Shown in pieces: positions 19,310 to 28,615 of a DNA stretch of 64,000 bases; within the stretch, counting starts at the first letter, position 1, and every line of letters begins with the position of its first letter. The stretch lies in NCBI GenBank assembly GCA_027492205.1, contig JAOZFN010000011.1:96001-160000 (forward strand), written 5' to 3'. Position numbers and translations under genes: made by a program. The notes under the pieces are model-generated. The model saw nothing but the letters and a program-made list of their open reading frames with translations, was not told the DNA's origin and searched no databases. This DNA is from Thermoproteota archaeon (GTDB lineage Archaea; Korarchaeota; Korarchaeia; Korarchaeales; Korarchaeaceae).

Positions 19310-20278
19310 GTGGACGGAGTGGCCAAGAAGGTGATCCTAGACGTCGACACCGGCGTCGACGACGCCGTTGCCTTGATCCTCGCGCTCAGGTCGCCCGAGC
19401 TGGAGGTCCTGGGGATCACCACCGTCACCGGGAACGTCGACGTGGAGAAGGCCACCAGGAACACGCTGCACGTGCTAGAGCTCCTCGACAGGACGGATGT
19501 CCCCGTGTATCCGGGCGCGAGGGGCCCGGTGACCCCGGGCGCGTGGAGCGTCGGGGAGAGGTTCCACGGAGCTGGCGGTCTTGGCGGCGTTCAGATCCCA
19601 GAGCCGTCCATCAGGCCAAGCGAGGAGCACGCGGTGGACTTCATCAGGAGGGCGGTCAGGGAGGGGGGCCCCGGCGAGGTCACGCTGATCACCACGGCCC
19701 CCATGACCAACGTGGCCTTGAGCCTGCTCATCGAGCCGGACCTGGCCGAGAGGCTGGCCGCGATAGTCTCCATGGGCGGCGCCTTCTGCACGGGGAGGCA
19801 GGGCACCGGAAACAGCTCCCCCAGGGGTGAGTTCAACGTCTGGTTCGACCCCGTGGCGGCCAAGGTGGTCTACAACTCGGGCGCCAGGGTCTACGCGGTC
19901 GGGCTGGACGTGACCACTCGGCGGGACGCCGCGATATCGAGGGAGATCTACGAGCGCCTCGCGGAGTCCCCCGACGAGGCGGGGAGGTTCGTCCACGCCA
20001 TCCTCGGGGCCTACGTGGAGGCCGTGGGCTACGCGCCCATGCACGACCCGATGGCCGTCGCCTCCGTAATCCTCCCGGACCTGATGACGTTCGAGCTGCT
20101 GCCCGTGGACGTGGAGATCTGCGGAGAGCTCACGAGGGGAGAGACCGTGGCGGACTTCCGGGACTTCGACGCGGAGGTCCCCAGGCGCAGACCGAACGTA
20201 CACGTCGCCGTGGACGTCGACGGGCCGGAGTTCCTGAGGCTCCTGCTGGACAGGGTGGCCGGCCTCGAGCTGGGTTGA
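19310..20278 (+). CDS. Nucleoside hydrolase (IUNH family)
   Basis: ILDVDTGVDDAVAL, PMTNVA, EFNVWFDP, HDPMAV; likely GTG start at 19310 or 19319. Confidence 0.93.
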   Translation: MDGVAKKVILDVDTGVDDAVALILALRSPELEVLGITTVTGNVDVEKATRNTLHVLELLDRTDVPVYPGARGPVTPGAWSVGERFHGAGGLGGVQIPEPSIRPSEEHAVDFIRRAVREGGPGEVTLITTAPMTNVALSLLIEPDLAERLAAIVSMGGAFCTGRQGTGNSSPRGEFNVWFDPVAAKVVYNSGARVYAVGLDVTTRRDAAISREIYERLAESPDEAGRFVHAILGAYVEAVGYAPMHDPMAVASVILPDLMTFELLPVDVEICGELTRGETVADFRDFDAEVPRRRPNVHVAVDVDGPEFLRLLLDRVAGLELG

Positions 20279-21267
20279 GGGGGGTGATCTCGGTGGGAGG
20301 CCTCCTGGCAACCTGCGGGGCGATAAACTGGGACGTAAGCCTGTTCGTGAGGAGGTTCCCAGAGCCGGGGGAGGAGGTCAGGGTCGACAGGATAGAGAGG
20401 GTCCCCGGCGGAACTGCCGCCAACGTAGCCGTGGCCGCCGCCAGGATCCTCGGCCCGGACAGAGTGGCCTTCCTGGGGGCGCTTGGGGATGACGAGATAG
20501 CGAATCGACAGATCGAGGAGCTGCGGAGGGAGGGCGTCATCACGGACGCGATAGAGGTGATCGAGGGCGACGAGTCGGGCCAGGCCTACATAGTGGTGGA
20601 CTCGACCGGTCAGAACGTCATCCACACCTACTTCGGCGCGAACCTGAGGGTCGACGCTGAGTACGTCGAGAGCGATCCCGTCAGGGAGATCGTCGAGAGG
20701 TGCAGGGTCGTCGTCATAATGGACCCGCCCCTGGAGGCGGCCGACGCCCTCGCCAGGCTCGCCAGGGAGTCTGAGGCTACGGTTATCTGGGACCCCGGGG
20801 TTTACGTGGACCGTGGGCTGCGGGGTCTGGCTCGGGTGATGGGGAACGTGGACTACTTCGTCCTCAACGAGGTGGAGACGAGAAACCTGCTCGGATCCTC
20901 CGATCCGTCCTCAATAGCCTCCAAGATGGCAGAGGTGTCCCCGGGGGCCAAGTTCATCGTGAAGCTCGGGGCGAGGGGTTCCATGCTGGTGGACGCCTCC
21001 ACGGGCAGGTGGATCAGGGTGGGCGCTCCCTCCTTGGAAAGGCTGGGGATGAGGGTGGTCAACACGGTCGGGTGCGGGGACGCCTTCATCGGCGCCCTGG
21101 CGGCCTCGAAGTACGAGGACTTGGACGACGCGGAATCGCTGGTTAGGGCGAACGCCGCCGGGGCTCTGAAGGCGACCAGGCTGGAGACCAGGGGGAGCCC
21201 AACGAGGGAGGAACTCCTGAGCTTCCTGGAGCGGGCCAGGGAAATGATGGAGGTCCAGGAAGGCTGA
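20275..21267 (+). CDS. PfkB/ribokinase-family kinase
   Basis: PGGTAANVAVA, NEVE, VNTVGCGDAFIG. Confidence 0.92.
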   Translation: MRGVISVGGLLATCGAINWDVSLFVRRFPEPGEEVRVDRIERVPGGTAANVAVAAARILGPDRVAFLGALGDDEIANRQIEELRREGVITDAIEVIEGDESGQAYIVVDSTGQNVIHTYFGANLRVDAEYVESDPVREIVERCRVVVIMDPPLEAADALARLARESEATVIWDPGVYVDRGLRGLARVMGNVDYFVLNEVETRNLLGSSDPSSIASKMAEVSPGAKFIVKLGARGSMLVDASTGRWIRVGAPSLERLGMRVVNTVGCGDAFIGALAASKYEDLDDAESLVRANAAGALKATRLETRGSPTREELLSFLERAREMMEVQEG

Positions 21268-21278
21268 GATCGGCACAC

Positions 21279-21695
21279 TCAACTCTCCGAACCCGGCCCC
21301 AGCCTCAGCCTCTCTACCTCCGAGAAGACCTCCTCGATTCTGTCGAGCAGGGTGCGGAGGGCCTCGTCGACGCTGGCGAATCCTATCACCATTGGATAGC
21401 GCCCGGACCGCCTGATCCTGAGGTAGTTCGGGCCCATTCTGGCCGCGATGAACACGTCCACGTCGGACAGGAGCCTCACAACGGCCCTGAACTTCCTCGG
21501 GTCTCCGTGCTCTCTCTCCTCCAGGTCCCGGACCGAGTTGGGGCGCCTCTCGACGAACTCCACGCGTCCGTCCCTGTAGACGTCGTAGAGCAGGAACGCG
21601 TATGAATCGCCGAAGTGCTCGCGGCTCAGGCGCTCTCCGGTCTCATCCACGCCGAGGGCGACTCTGATCCTCTCCAGATGAGACCTCCGCTCCAT
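21279..21695 (-). CDS. NifB/NifX-family (dinitrogenase FeMo-cofactor-like) protein
   Basis: HFGDSYAF, RPN, DVDVFIAARMGP. Confidence 0.8.
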   Translation of the reverse strand: MERRSHLERIRVALGVDETGERLSREHFGDSYAFLLYDVYRDGRVEFVERRPNSVRDLEEREHGDPRKFRAVVRLLSDVDVFIAARMGPNYLRIRRSGRYPMVIGFASVDEALRTLLDRIEEVFSEVERLRLGPGSES

Positions 21696-22408
21696 CAGTC
21701 CATCGCCGCCGGCTGTCTCGTGGACGTCAGCCTTCTGTATATCTCCCGGCCTATGGACCTCCTGGGTGCCTCCCCCCTGACGACCGGGCCGATCAGGTCG
21801 GGTCTCTCGGTGACTATCACGTCGACGCCCAGCTCAACCAGGCGCCTGGCCTGATCGGCGTCGTTCACGGTCCACGCCGCGACCAGCATCCCCGCTGAGT
21901 GAAGCGTGTGGACGAGCTCGGCGTCCACGAACCCAACCTCCACGGCCAGCCCCCGGGCCCCCGCGGACCGGGCGATCGAAAGGGGGTCCACCGGGCGGCA
22001 CTGGATCGAGGCCAGAATGGTTGCTCCCTCCAGGCGGCGAGAGAGCCCCCTCAGCAGGGGGTGAAACTTCGACGTGATTATGAGCCCCCTCCTCGCCTCC
22101 TCCTCCACGAGGGTGATCATCTGCTCGGCGAGCCTGGGCGACTTGAGGTCCAGAACGAGGGGAATTCGCCCCCCAACGCCCGATAGGAACTCCTCGGCGG
22201 ACTGCCCCTCCCCGTTGCCGAGCGCTGCGATCCTCTTGAAGATTGCCTCCCTCAGTGTGGCTGGCTTGATCGAGTCGGGCCCGTGATCTATGAACCCCTC
22301 GTAGAGGTCGACCTCCACAGCGTCGACGCCCTGCCTCAGGTACCTGCCTAGCTTCGCCAGGGTGTTTGCCCTGTGCCCAACCAGGAGCGGCCGGTCGCGC
22401 CTTCCCAA
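21695..22408 (-). CDS. Glycerophosphodiester phosphodiesterase family
   Basis: VGHRA, AVEVDL, LDLK, AWTVND, GVDVIVTERP. Confidence 0.88.
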   Translation of the reverse strand: MGRRDRPLLVGHRANTLAKLGRYLRQGVDAVEVDLYEGFIDHGPDSIKPATLREAIFKRIAALGNGEGQSAEEFLSGVGGRIPLVLDLKSPRLAEQMITLVEEEARRGLIITSKFHPLLRGLSRRLEGATILASIQCRPVDPLSIARSAGARGLAVEVGFVDAELVHTLHSAGMLVAAWTVNDADQARRLVELGVDVIVTERPDLIGPVVRGEAPRRSIGREIYRRLTSTRQPAAMD

Positions 22409-22427
22409 CTCGACAGCGGGCCCTCAA

Positions 22428-22441
22428 TTCAAGGATTTGAA
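22428..22441. promoter_or_regulatory. Palindromic putative transcription-factor site in the divergent GDPD/nuclease intergenic region
   Basis: TTCAA-GGAT-TTGAA inverted repeat. Confidence 0.4.
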
Positions 22442-22564
22442 CTTATCGCGGCGCGAATCGCCGAGCGACCTTCCGACCCCTCCGCTCTGCGCTGGAACGG
22501 CTGGAGGCTGCACACCGCCGCGAACGAATATTAGATAGCTGTGGAGGCTGCCTCGGGGGAGAAT

Positions 22565-23731
22565 ATGAGGAGGAAGGCCGTAGCGGCCGCGCTGGCGATC
22601 GGCGTGGTCCTGTCTCTCCTCCCCGTGTATCAGTCTCAGGCCTGGTGGTCAGACGGGCACAGGCTCATGACCACTGAGGCCGTCAAGCTCATACCAGACC
22701 CCGAGTGGCGGCAGTTCTTCGAGCACTACGCCTACTTCCTCAACGAGACGTGCGTCTGGCCGGACTCTATCTACAAGTCCGAGGACCCGATGGAGGCGCC
22801 CAGGCACTACTACGACCTGGAGATCCCTCCGTCGCAGAGGAAGTATGAGGACGGAGTCCTACCCCAGGCGGTCCACAACTACACTATAGCCATGGTCGAG
22901 GCCCTGAAGAGGGGAGACTGGTTCGAGGCCCTGGCTCTGGCCGGTAGGGTGGCTCACTACGTCGAGGACGCCCACCAGCCCTATCACGCTACCGTTAACT
23001 ATAACCCAATGGATAAGCACGCCCTCGCCGACTCCCTGGTCGAGAAGCACTGGAGTGAGCTCACTCTTGACCTGTCCGCCCCGATCGAGCCCGTCGACAA
23101 CCTCACTCAGTTCGCATTCGAGATTATCGTCGACAGCAACCACAAGGTGGCGAGGCTCAACGCCACCCTCATCGGGGACCCGAATGACCCAAGCGACGAC
23201 AGGGAGTGGAGTGACGACCTGAGGGACTTGATCAGCGAGCAAGCCAGCAGGGCCATAGTGGCCGTAGCGAGGGTATGGTGGACGGCGATCACGCTGGCTG
23301 GGGTCGAGCCTCCCGACCTGTCACAGTCCTACTCCATCAGTGTGGACCTCGCCGCGCCCGACAGGGCCAAGACAAGGCTGCTGGCCGAGGCCACCGTACT
23401 TGACGGCCTCGAGATACCGCTAGACGCTGAGGTGACCTGGACGTTCGGGCAGGATTCCGGCGAGGCCAGGAGGGCGGATGTGGGGCTCTACAAGATCAGA
23501 ATAGACAGCGAGGTACTCCAGAAGTACGCCGGTCAGACGGTCACGCTGACCGTCAAGGCCGCCAAGGAGGGCTACGGCACGACCGAGGCCTCCGCTCAGG
23601 TATACGTCGAGCCGCTGGAGATGCCGACTCCACAGCCCTCTGGGCCTTCCCTGGAGCTCAAGTGGGTGACCCTGATAGCGGTAGTGGTCGTCGCGGCCGC
23701 GGTGGTGATACTCCTCCTGAGGAGGAGGTGA
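22565..23731 (+). CDS. Cell-surface zinc-dependent phospholipase C / S1-P1 nuclease family protein
   Basis: Signal peptide ending SQA, mature start W-WSDGH, WPD, RHYYD, AHYVEDAHQPYHA, H..D; C-terminal TM plus RRR. Confidence 0.85.
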   Translation: MRRKAVAAALAIGVVLSLLPVYQSQAWWSDGHRLMTTEAVKLIPDPEWRQFFEHYAYFLNETCVWPDSIYKSEDPMEAPRHYYDLEIPPSQRKYEDGVLPQAVHNYTIAMVEALKRGDWFEALALAGRVAHYVEDAHQPYHATVNYNPMDKHALADSLVEKHWSELTLDLSAPIEPVDNLTQFAFEIIVDSNHKVARLNATLIGDPNDPSDDREWSDDLRDLISEQASRAIVAVARVWWTAITLAGVEPPDLSQSYSISVDLAAPDRAKTRLLAEATVLDGLEIPLDAEVTWTFGQDSGEARRADVGLYKIRIDSEVLQKYAGQTVTLTVKAAKEGYGTTEASAQVYVEPLEMPTPQPSGPSLELKWVTLIAVVVVAAAVVILLLRRR

Positions 23732-23800
23732 CCCTCCGGCTTCTTTCTCCCACTATTTTTCGCCCTCCTAAGCTTCCGCTGGGAGGCAGGCGTCGGCCCG

Positions 23801-24196
23801 TCACCTGGATCTGGATAGCTTGGATAGGAACTTCTGCCTGTTCACGATGAACCGTTCGTGGGTCCCCTCCCCGACCAGCGTGTCGCCGTAGAGGCACTTG
23901 ACCTCGAAGACGAGCCTCCTCCTATCGACCTCAACGAGCTTGGCCTTCACGGTCACCTCTCCGCCCACCGGCGTCGGCGCGAGGTGTCTGACGTTCACTG
24001 CGGTTCCGACGGTCGTCTCCTCCGGCGGCAGGTGCGGCTGCACGAGGTCCCTCGCCGTTGTCTCCATGAGGGCGATCATGGAAGGCGTGGAGAGCACGGA
24101 GACGTCGCCGCTCCCGATGAACGAGGCCGCCATGTCCCCGGTGACCTTGAATCTCCTCTCAGCCTCCATTCCCACCTTGATTCTGCTCTCGACCAT
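23801..24196 (-). CDS. FlK-like (fluoroacetyl-CoA) hot-dog thioesterase
   Basis: VLSTPSMIALME, TVG..VNVRHLAPTPVG, GEGTHERFIV; ATG at 24196. Confidence 0.9.
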   Translation of the reverse strand: MVESRIKVGMEAERRFKVTGDMAASFIGSGDVSVLSTPSMIALMETTARDLVQPHLPPEETTVGTAVNVRHLAPTPVGGEVTVKAKLVEVDRRRLVFEVKCLYGDTLVGEGTHERFIVNRQKFLSKLSRSR

Positions 24197-24257
24197 TAGG
24201 CTCCCCCGCGGCCGGTGGGGAAATGTGAAATAAGCTTGCCACCGGGAGCGCCCGCGG

Positions 24258-25022
24258 ATGCCGAGAGTCACGGCGACTTTCGTCAAGGTGGGAGGGTCCA
24301 TCATCACCGTGAAGGACGCCCCTGAGCCCACCCTCAGGAGGTCCGTGATCGCCGACCTAGTCAAGGAGGTGGCCGAGGTATACTCGGAGGGCGAGCCTCT
24401 GATCCTCGCGAACGGCGCGGGGAGCTTTGGGCACCCTCTGGCCAAGAGGGCGGGGCTGGACAGGGGCTTGCTGGAGGGGAAGGAACTACCGTCGGCCCTG
24501 ACCGCTCAGTCCGCCCTGAGGCTGAACTTTACGATAGTTGAGGGGCTCCTAGAGCAGGGGGTCCCGGCAATATCCTTCTCCCCGCGCTCCTACGTCTACG
24601 GAACCGACTCCGGATGGGAGGCCGAGATCACACCCATGAGGATGGCCCTCGAGAGGGGTTTCGTTCCGGTCACTTTCGGGGATGTGGTCATGCACCAGAC
24701 CAGGGGAGCGGCCATATTTTCGGCGGATGACGCTCCCGTAATTCTGGCACCCCTCATCAGGCGGGCTGTGTACCTAGTCGACGTCCCGGGCGTGCTGGGT
24801 CCCGACGGCAGGGTCTTGGAGACCGCCAGCCCAGAGGTTCTAGAATTCGCGGGCGGCTCCGGCAGAGTGGACGTCACCGGAGGGATGGCCGAGAAGCTCA
24901 GGAAGGGATTCAGGCTGGCGTCCAGTGGGATAGAGGTCAGGGTGGCCGGCTATGCCTCTTCAGGCGACCTGAAGAGGGCTCTCGCGGGAGAGGCTGGCAC
25001 TCTCCTCTTGGCCGAAGGGTGA
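24258..25022 (+). CDS. ipk: Isopentenyl phosphate kinase (amino-acid kinase family)
   Basis: KVGGSIITVK, GAGSFGHP, VPVTFGDV, DVTGGMAEK. Confidence 0.85.
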   Translation: MPRVTATFVKVGGSIITVKDAPEPTLRRSVIADLVKEVAEVYSEGEPLILANGAGSFGHPLAKRAGLDRGLLEGKELPSALTAQSALRLNFTIVEGLLEQGVPAISFSPRSYVYGTDSGWEAEITPMRMALERGFVPVTFGDVVMHQTRGAAIFSADDAPVILAPLIRRAVYLVDVPGVLGPDGRVLETASPEVLEFAGGSGRVDVTGGMAEKLRKGFRLASSGIEVRVAGYASSGDLKRALAGEAGTLLLAEG

Positions 25023-25024
25023 GC

Positions 25025-25838
25025 TCAGCGGGTATCCAGCTTGCCGTAGGGGCACACCGCCATGCAGGTGGAGCAGGACGCTCCATTCTCGCACCAGTAG
25101 AGGTAGCACCTCTCCGGGTCAATGTACCACTTCAGGGCCCCCGGGTTGTTCGACTTGGTCGGCCCCTCTAACGTGGGCTCATCGTCCTTCGAGATGGCTC
25201 CGACCTCGCAGCTCTCCGCGCAGAGCTTGCACCTCCTGCAGAACTCCCTGACGCCGAACTCGATCGGGCTGTCGGGCTCCATCGGGAGGTCGGTGAACAC
25301 CTTGCAGAGCCTTACCCTCGGGCCAAACTGCGGAGTTATCAGCAGCCCGTTCCTGCCCAGCTCTCCTAGACCGGCGTCTATAGCCAAGGGGATGTTCAGG
25401 GCGGTGTCGTTCCTCGACTCGATGGCCCCGTAGCCGAGAGACCTGATGAACTCACCCACGCACGAAAGGAGGAATACCAGCTTGGAGTAGCCCAGGCCGG
25501 TAGCCGCCTCGGCTCCGAGGGCAGGTGAGGTCTCTATGGCCTCCCTGTCCATGGCCACGGCCATGACGACGACGTAGTCGAACCCCTCAGGTATGTCCGC
25601 GTCTTCATAAACCCAGCAGGAGGGAGTCGGGAGCCCTCGAAGCCCTGGCTAGCGCATACTCTGGGAGGGAGTAACCCTCCCTTTCCTCCTCCAGGATCCG
25701 CGGAATCTCGGCGGCGAACCACCGCCTGTACCCGTCCCACGAGCGGTCCCACTCCACCCTCCTGAACACGGTCATGCTGCTCCTGAACCTCCTTATTCGG
25801 CTGAGATCCAGAACGTACGGCGGCTGGTTCGCTTTCAT
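25025..25838 (-). pseudogene. Reductive dehalogenase (RdhA-like) gene, split by internal deletion/frameshift
   Basis: C-terminal part WVY..YVVVMAVAMD..GLGYS..FIRSLGY..IPLAIDAGLGELGRNG..PQFGPRVRL, CxxCxxCxxxC and CxxCxxxCP; N-terminal part (from 25838) is in another frame, junction about 25620. Confidence 0.75.
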
Positions 25839-25956
25839 CACGCGAAACCACGTCGTGCGACTGGCGTCTCCCAACGTAGAACCCAGGGTCCTTCCCCCAG
25901 ATCAAATAAACCGTGAGCATCCGACCCCGGCGGCCGTTCTCGGGCGCGGCCGACTA

Positions 25957-26250
25957 TTAGGGATCCTCTCGTATCTGCCCCGGCCCTAAGAGAATGTCCC
26001 TGAGCATGACGGTGAGCGGGTGGTCGCTGATCCTTATCAGGACGACCCTTCCCACCCTCCTCACGTCCACGAGCCCGAGTTCCCTGAGTCTATCTACATG
26101 CGACTTGGTCGATTCGTAGCTGAGTCCCGACTCCCTGGCAAGGCGGCTCATGTTGACCTGCCCCTTCCTAGCGAGCACCCTGAGTATCCTAATCCTCCCC
26201 CTGCTGCCCAGGGTCTCCTCGATCAGCTCGTCCCAGGTCATATCCTCCAT
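25957..26250 (-). CDS. Winged-helix (ArsR-like) DNA-binding protein
   Basis: LGSRGRIRILRVL..NMSRLARESGL..HVDRLRELGLV. Confidence 0.8.
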   Translation of the reverse strand: MEDMTWDELIEETLGSRGRIRILRVLARKGQVNMSRLARESGLSYESTKSHVDRLRELGLVDVRRVGRVVLIRISDHPLTVMLRDILLGPGQIREDP

Positions 26251-26287
26251 GAGCCTCGCCCGCCGCCGGGGAGAGGCTGACGGGCCC

Positions 26288-27571
26288 TCACCCTCCGCCG
26301 GCCCTCTCCCTCCTGATCTCGCTTAGGACCTCCCTGGCCACGTCCTCTCGGATCTTCTTCATCCTCACGAGCCTCTCCACGACCAGGTCGACCTCCTCCC
26401 CGACGGCTCCGACAGCCATGGCCACGTTCCTGGCGTGGAGCTTCATGTGCCCCGCCTGGATGCCCTCCGTGGCGAGGGCCCTCAGGGCCGCGAAGTTCTG
26501 GGCGAGGCCGACGGCGGCCATGACCTCCGCCAGCTCCCTGGCGGTCTTTATCCCGAGGATCTTCAGGGCCAGCCTGGCGACCGGGTGCACCTTCGTCACG
26601 CCGCCGACCACGCCGACCGCCATCGGCATTTCCAGATATCCCTCGAGGTCCCCGTCCTCGTTCTTCCACCAGGTGCTGAGGCTCGTGTACCTGCCGAACC
26701 TTGCGGCGTATGAGTGGGCCCCCGCCTCAATGGCCCTCGTGTCCTGCCCCGTCGCCCTCGCGACCGCTATGACTCCGTTCATGATGCCCTTGTTGTGAGT
26801 GGCCGCCCTGTAGGGGTCGTTGGCGGCGAACTCGTAGGCGTAGACTATGCCGTCCACCACCTCCCTCCCGCCTATGTCCTCGGCCCTGAACACAGCGTGC
26901 GCCCTGGCCAGCCTGCGGTCGGCCAGGTTGGAGATTATCCTCAGCAGGGCCCTCCCCTTGGTGATCCTCTCCAGAAACGGGGCCACGGCCTCGGCCATCG
27001 TGTTAACGGCGTTGGCCCCCATGGCGTCCCTCACGTCCACCAGCAGGTGGACGATGACCATGGGCCCAACGCCCGTCTCGATGATCCTGACCTCCACATC
27101 CCTGGCCCCGCCCCCGAACTTCACGAGAACGGGGTCCTGCTCGTTGGCTATCTCCAGGATCCTGTCCCTCTCCATGAGGATCTGAACCCTCGCCTCCTCT
27201 GGGTTGGGGACGTCGATCAGCTGGATCTGTCCTATCATTATCGACTCGGTGGAGCTGGCCCTGAAGCCCCCGGCGGGCCTGGCCATCTTTGCGGCGTTGC
27301 TTGCCGCCGCCACGACCGACGGCTCCTCGATGGCCATGGGTACGAGGTAGTCTCTCCCGTTGATCAGGAAGTTGGTCGCGACCGCGAAAGGCAGCGGCCA
27401 GGTCCCGATGACGTTCTCGATCATCCTGTCGGCCACGTCCATCGGGAGCGGCCCCTCCTTCCGGAGGAGCTCCACCTCCTCCTGGCTGAGGTCGGCGAAC
27501 TCCCTGACGGTCTCAACCCTCTCATCGATGGGCAGCCTGTAGAAACCCGGAATGCGAGAGGTCTTCGCCAT
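26288..27571 (-). CDS. mvaA: HMG-CoA reductase, class II
   Basis: ENVIG, EEPSVVAA, DAMGAN, THNKGIMNG, GIQAGHMKLHARN. Confidence 0.95.
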   Translation of the reverse strand: MAKTSRIPGFYRLPIDERVETVREFADLSQEEVELLRKEGPLPMDVADRMIENVIGTWPLPFAVATNFLINGRDYLVPMAIEEPSVVAAASNAAKMARPAGGFRASSTESIMIGQIQLIDVPNPEEARVQILMERDRILEIANEQDPVLVKFGGGARDVEVRIIETGVGPMVIVHLLVDVRDAMGANAVNTMAEAVAPFLERITKGRALLRIISNLADRRLARAHAVFRAEDIGGREVVDGIVYAYEFAANDPYRAATHNKGIMNGVIAVARATGQDTRAIEAGAHSYAARFGRYTSLSTWWKNEDGDLEGYLEMPMAVGVVGGVTKVHPVARLALKILGIKTARELAEVMAAVGLAQNFAALRALATEGIQAGHMKLHARNVAMAVGAVGEEVDLVVERLVRMKKIREDVAREVLSEIRRERAGGG

Positions 27572-27659
27572 GGTGGGTCGGTTGAGGCGGCCACGCCAAT
27601 CCTAAAAATGCGGTCATCCGGCCGGATCCCGCCCTCCTCTGGGGTGCGAGCAGAGCCCC

Positions 27660-28283
27660 CTACTCTCCTCCCTCACCCCCCTCCGCTCCTCCCTCCTCCT
27701 CAACGCCCGTCCTCTTGAGGATTGCCCTAGCCACGCTCCTGACGATTCTCTTAGACACTGTGGGTATCCCGCCTTCGAGATAGGCCTCCTCGTCCAGGTG
27801 GCTTATCTTCCCGGAGATGATGCCCCCCACGTCTACCCACCACGCCCTGGACCCATTGGGGTCTGGGAAGACGCTAGTGAGGCTCGCCACAACCTTGGCT
27901 TCGGGAGAGAGGGACTCTATGAGCTCCTTCCACGCCCTGGCCTGGCCCCCGCCCTCCCTGGTGCAGATGACGACGTATCTGGAGTACCGGAGGATGTCCA
28001 TCTCCTCTTCGGAGAGCCTCGAGTTCTCCTCCAGCCTCCTCCCCCTGAGGCTCATCACGATGAAGTGAACGTTTCCCTCCCTTGCGGCCGTCCGAAGGGC
28101 CTCCCTGAGCCAGGTCAGCCTTCCCTCCCTGGCGGCATCCTCCAGGTCTATGCCGAGCGTGAGGGTGGCGTACCCACGCGACTTGAGTTCGTTGCTGATC
28201 ATCTTGACCAGCACGCCCTTCCCGGACCGCGGCTCGCCGACGACGAGCACCACCTCAGCATGTCCGGCGCGGCTCGCGCTCAT
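27660..28283 (-). CDS. Hypothetical P-loop protein
   Basis: VVLVVGEPRSGKG Walker-A-like; GGTGGTGA RBS before ATG. Confidence 0.6.
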   Translation of the reverse strand: MSASRAGHAEVVLVVGEPRSGKGVLVKMISNELKSRGYATLTLGIDLEDAAREGRLTWLREALRTAAREGNVHFIVMSLRGRRLEENSRLSEEEMDILRYSRYVVICTREGGGQARAWKELIESLSPEAKVVASLTSVFPDPNGSRAWWVDVGGIISGKISHLDEEAYLEGGIPTVSKRIVRSVARAILKRTGVEEEGGAEGGEGGE

Positions 28284-28615
28284 CTAACCGAATCACCACC
28301 CATTGCCTCCGACTGGCGGTCGCGGAAGCGCCCAACCTGCCGGGCCACCTCCACACGCCGTGCGATCCTGGCCCCGGCCATGCGCCCCTCCGGCCAGCAT
28401 TTAAGCAGTTCGAGTTTGCTGACGTCAGGGGCTGACCTCGTAGGACGTCGCACATTCCACTGGAATCTCCGCCAGTTGTAGAGGGGTTATGCACCTCTCG
28501 TTCAGACAGGCCCGATCTTGGCCTGGGACGCAGACTCCGGGGGCGTATCAGGCGCCCTCGCCGGTCGCACCTCGGAGTGGTAAAGAATTTTAGCAGGTCG
28601 CCCCGGCGGTGTCAT

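Noticed and set aside
22433-22442. GTTCAAATCC on the minus strand resembles a tRNA T-loop
   Set aside because: The flanks do not form a T-stem or acceptor stem; a DNA palindrome explains it better
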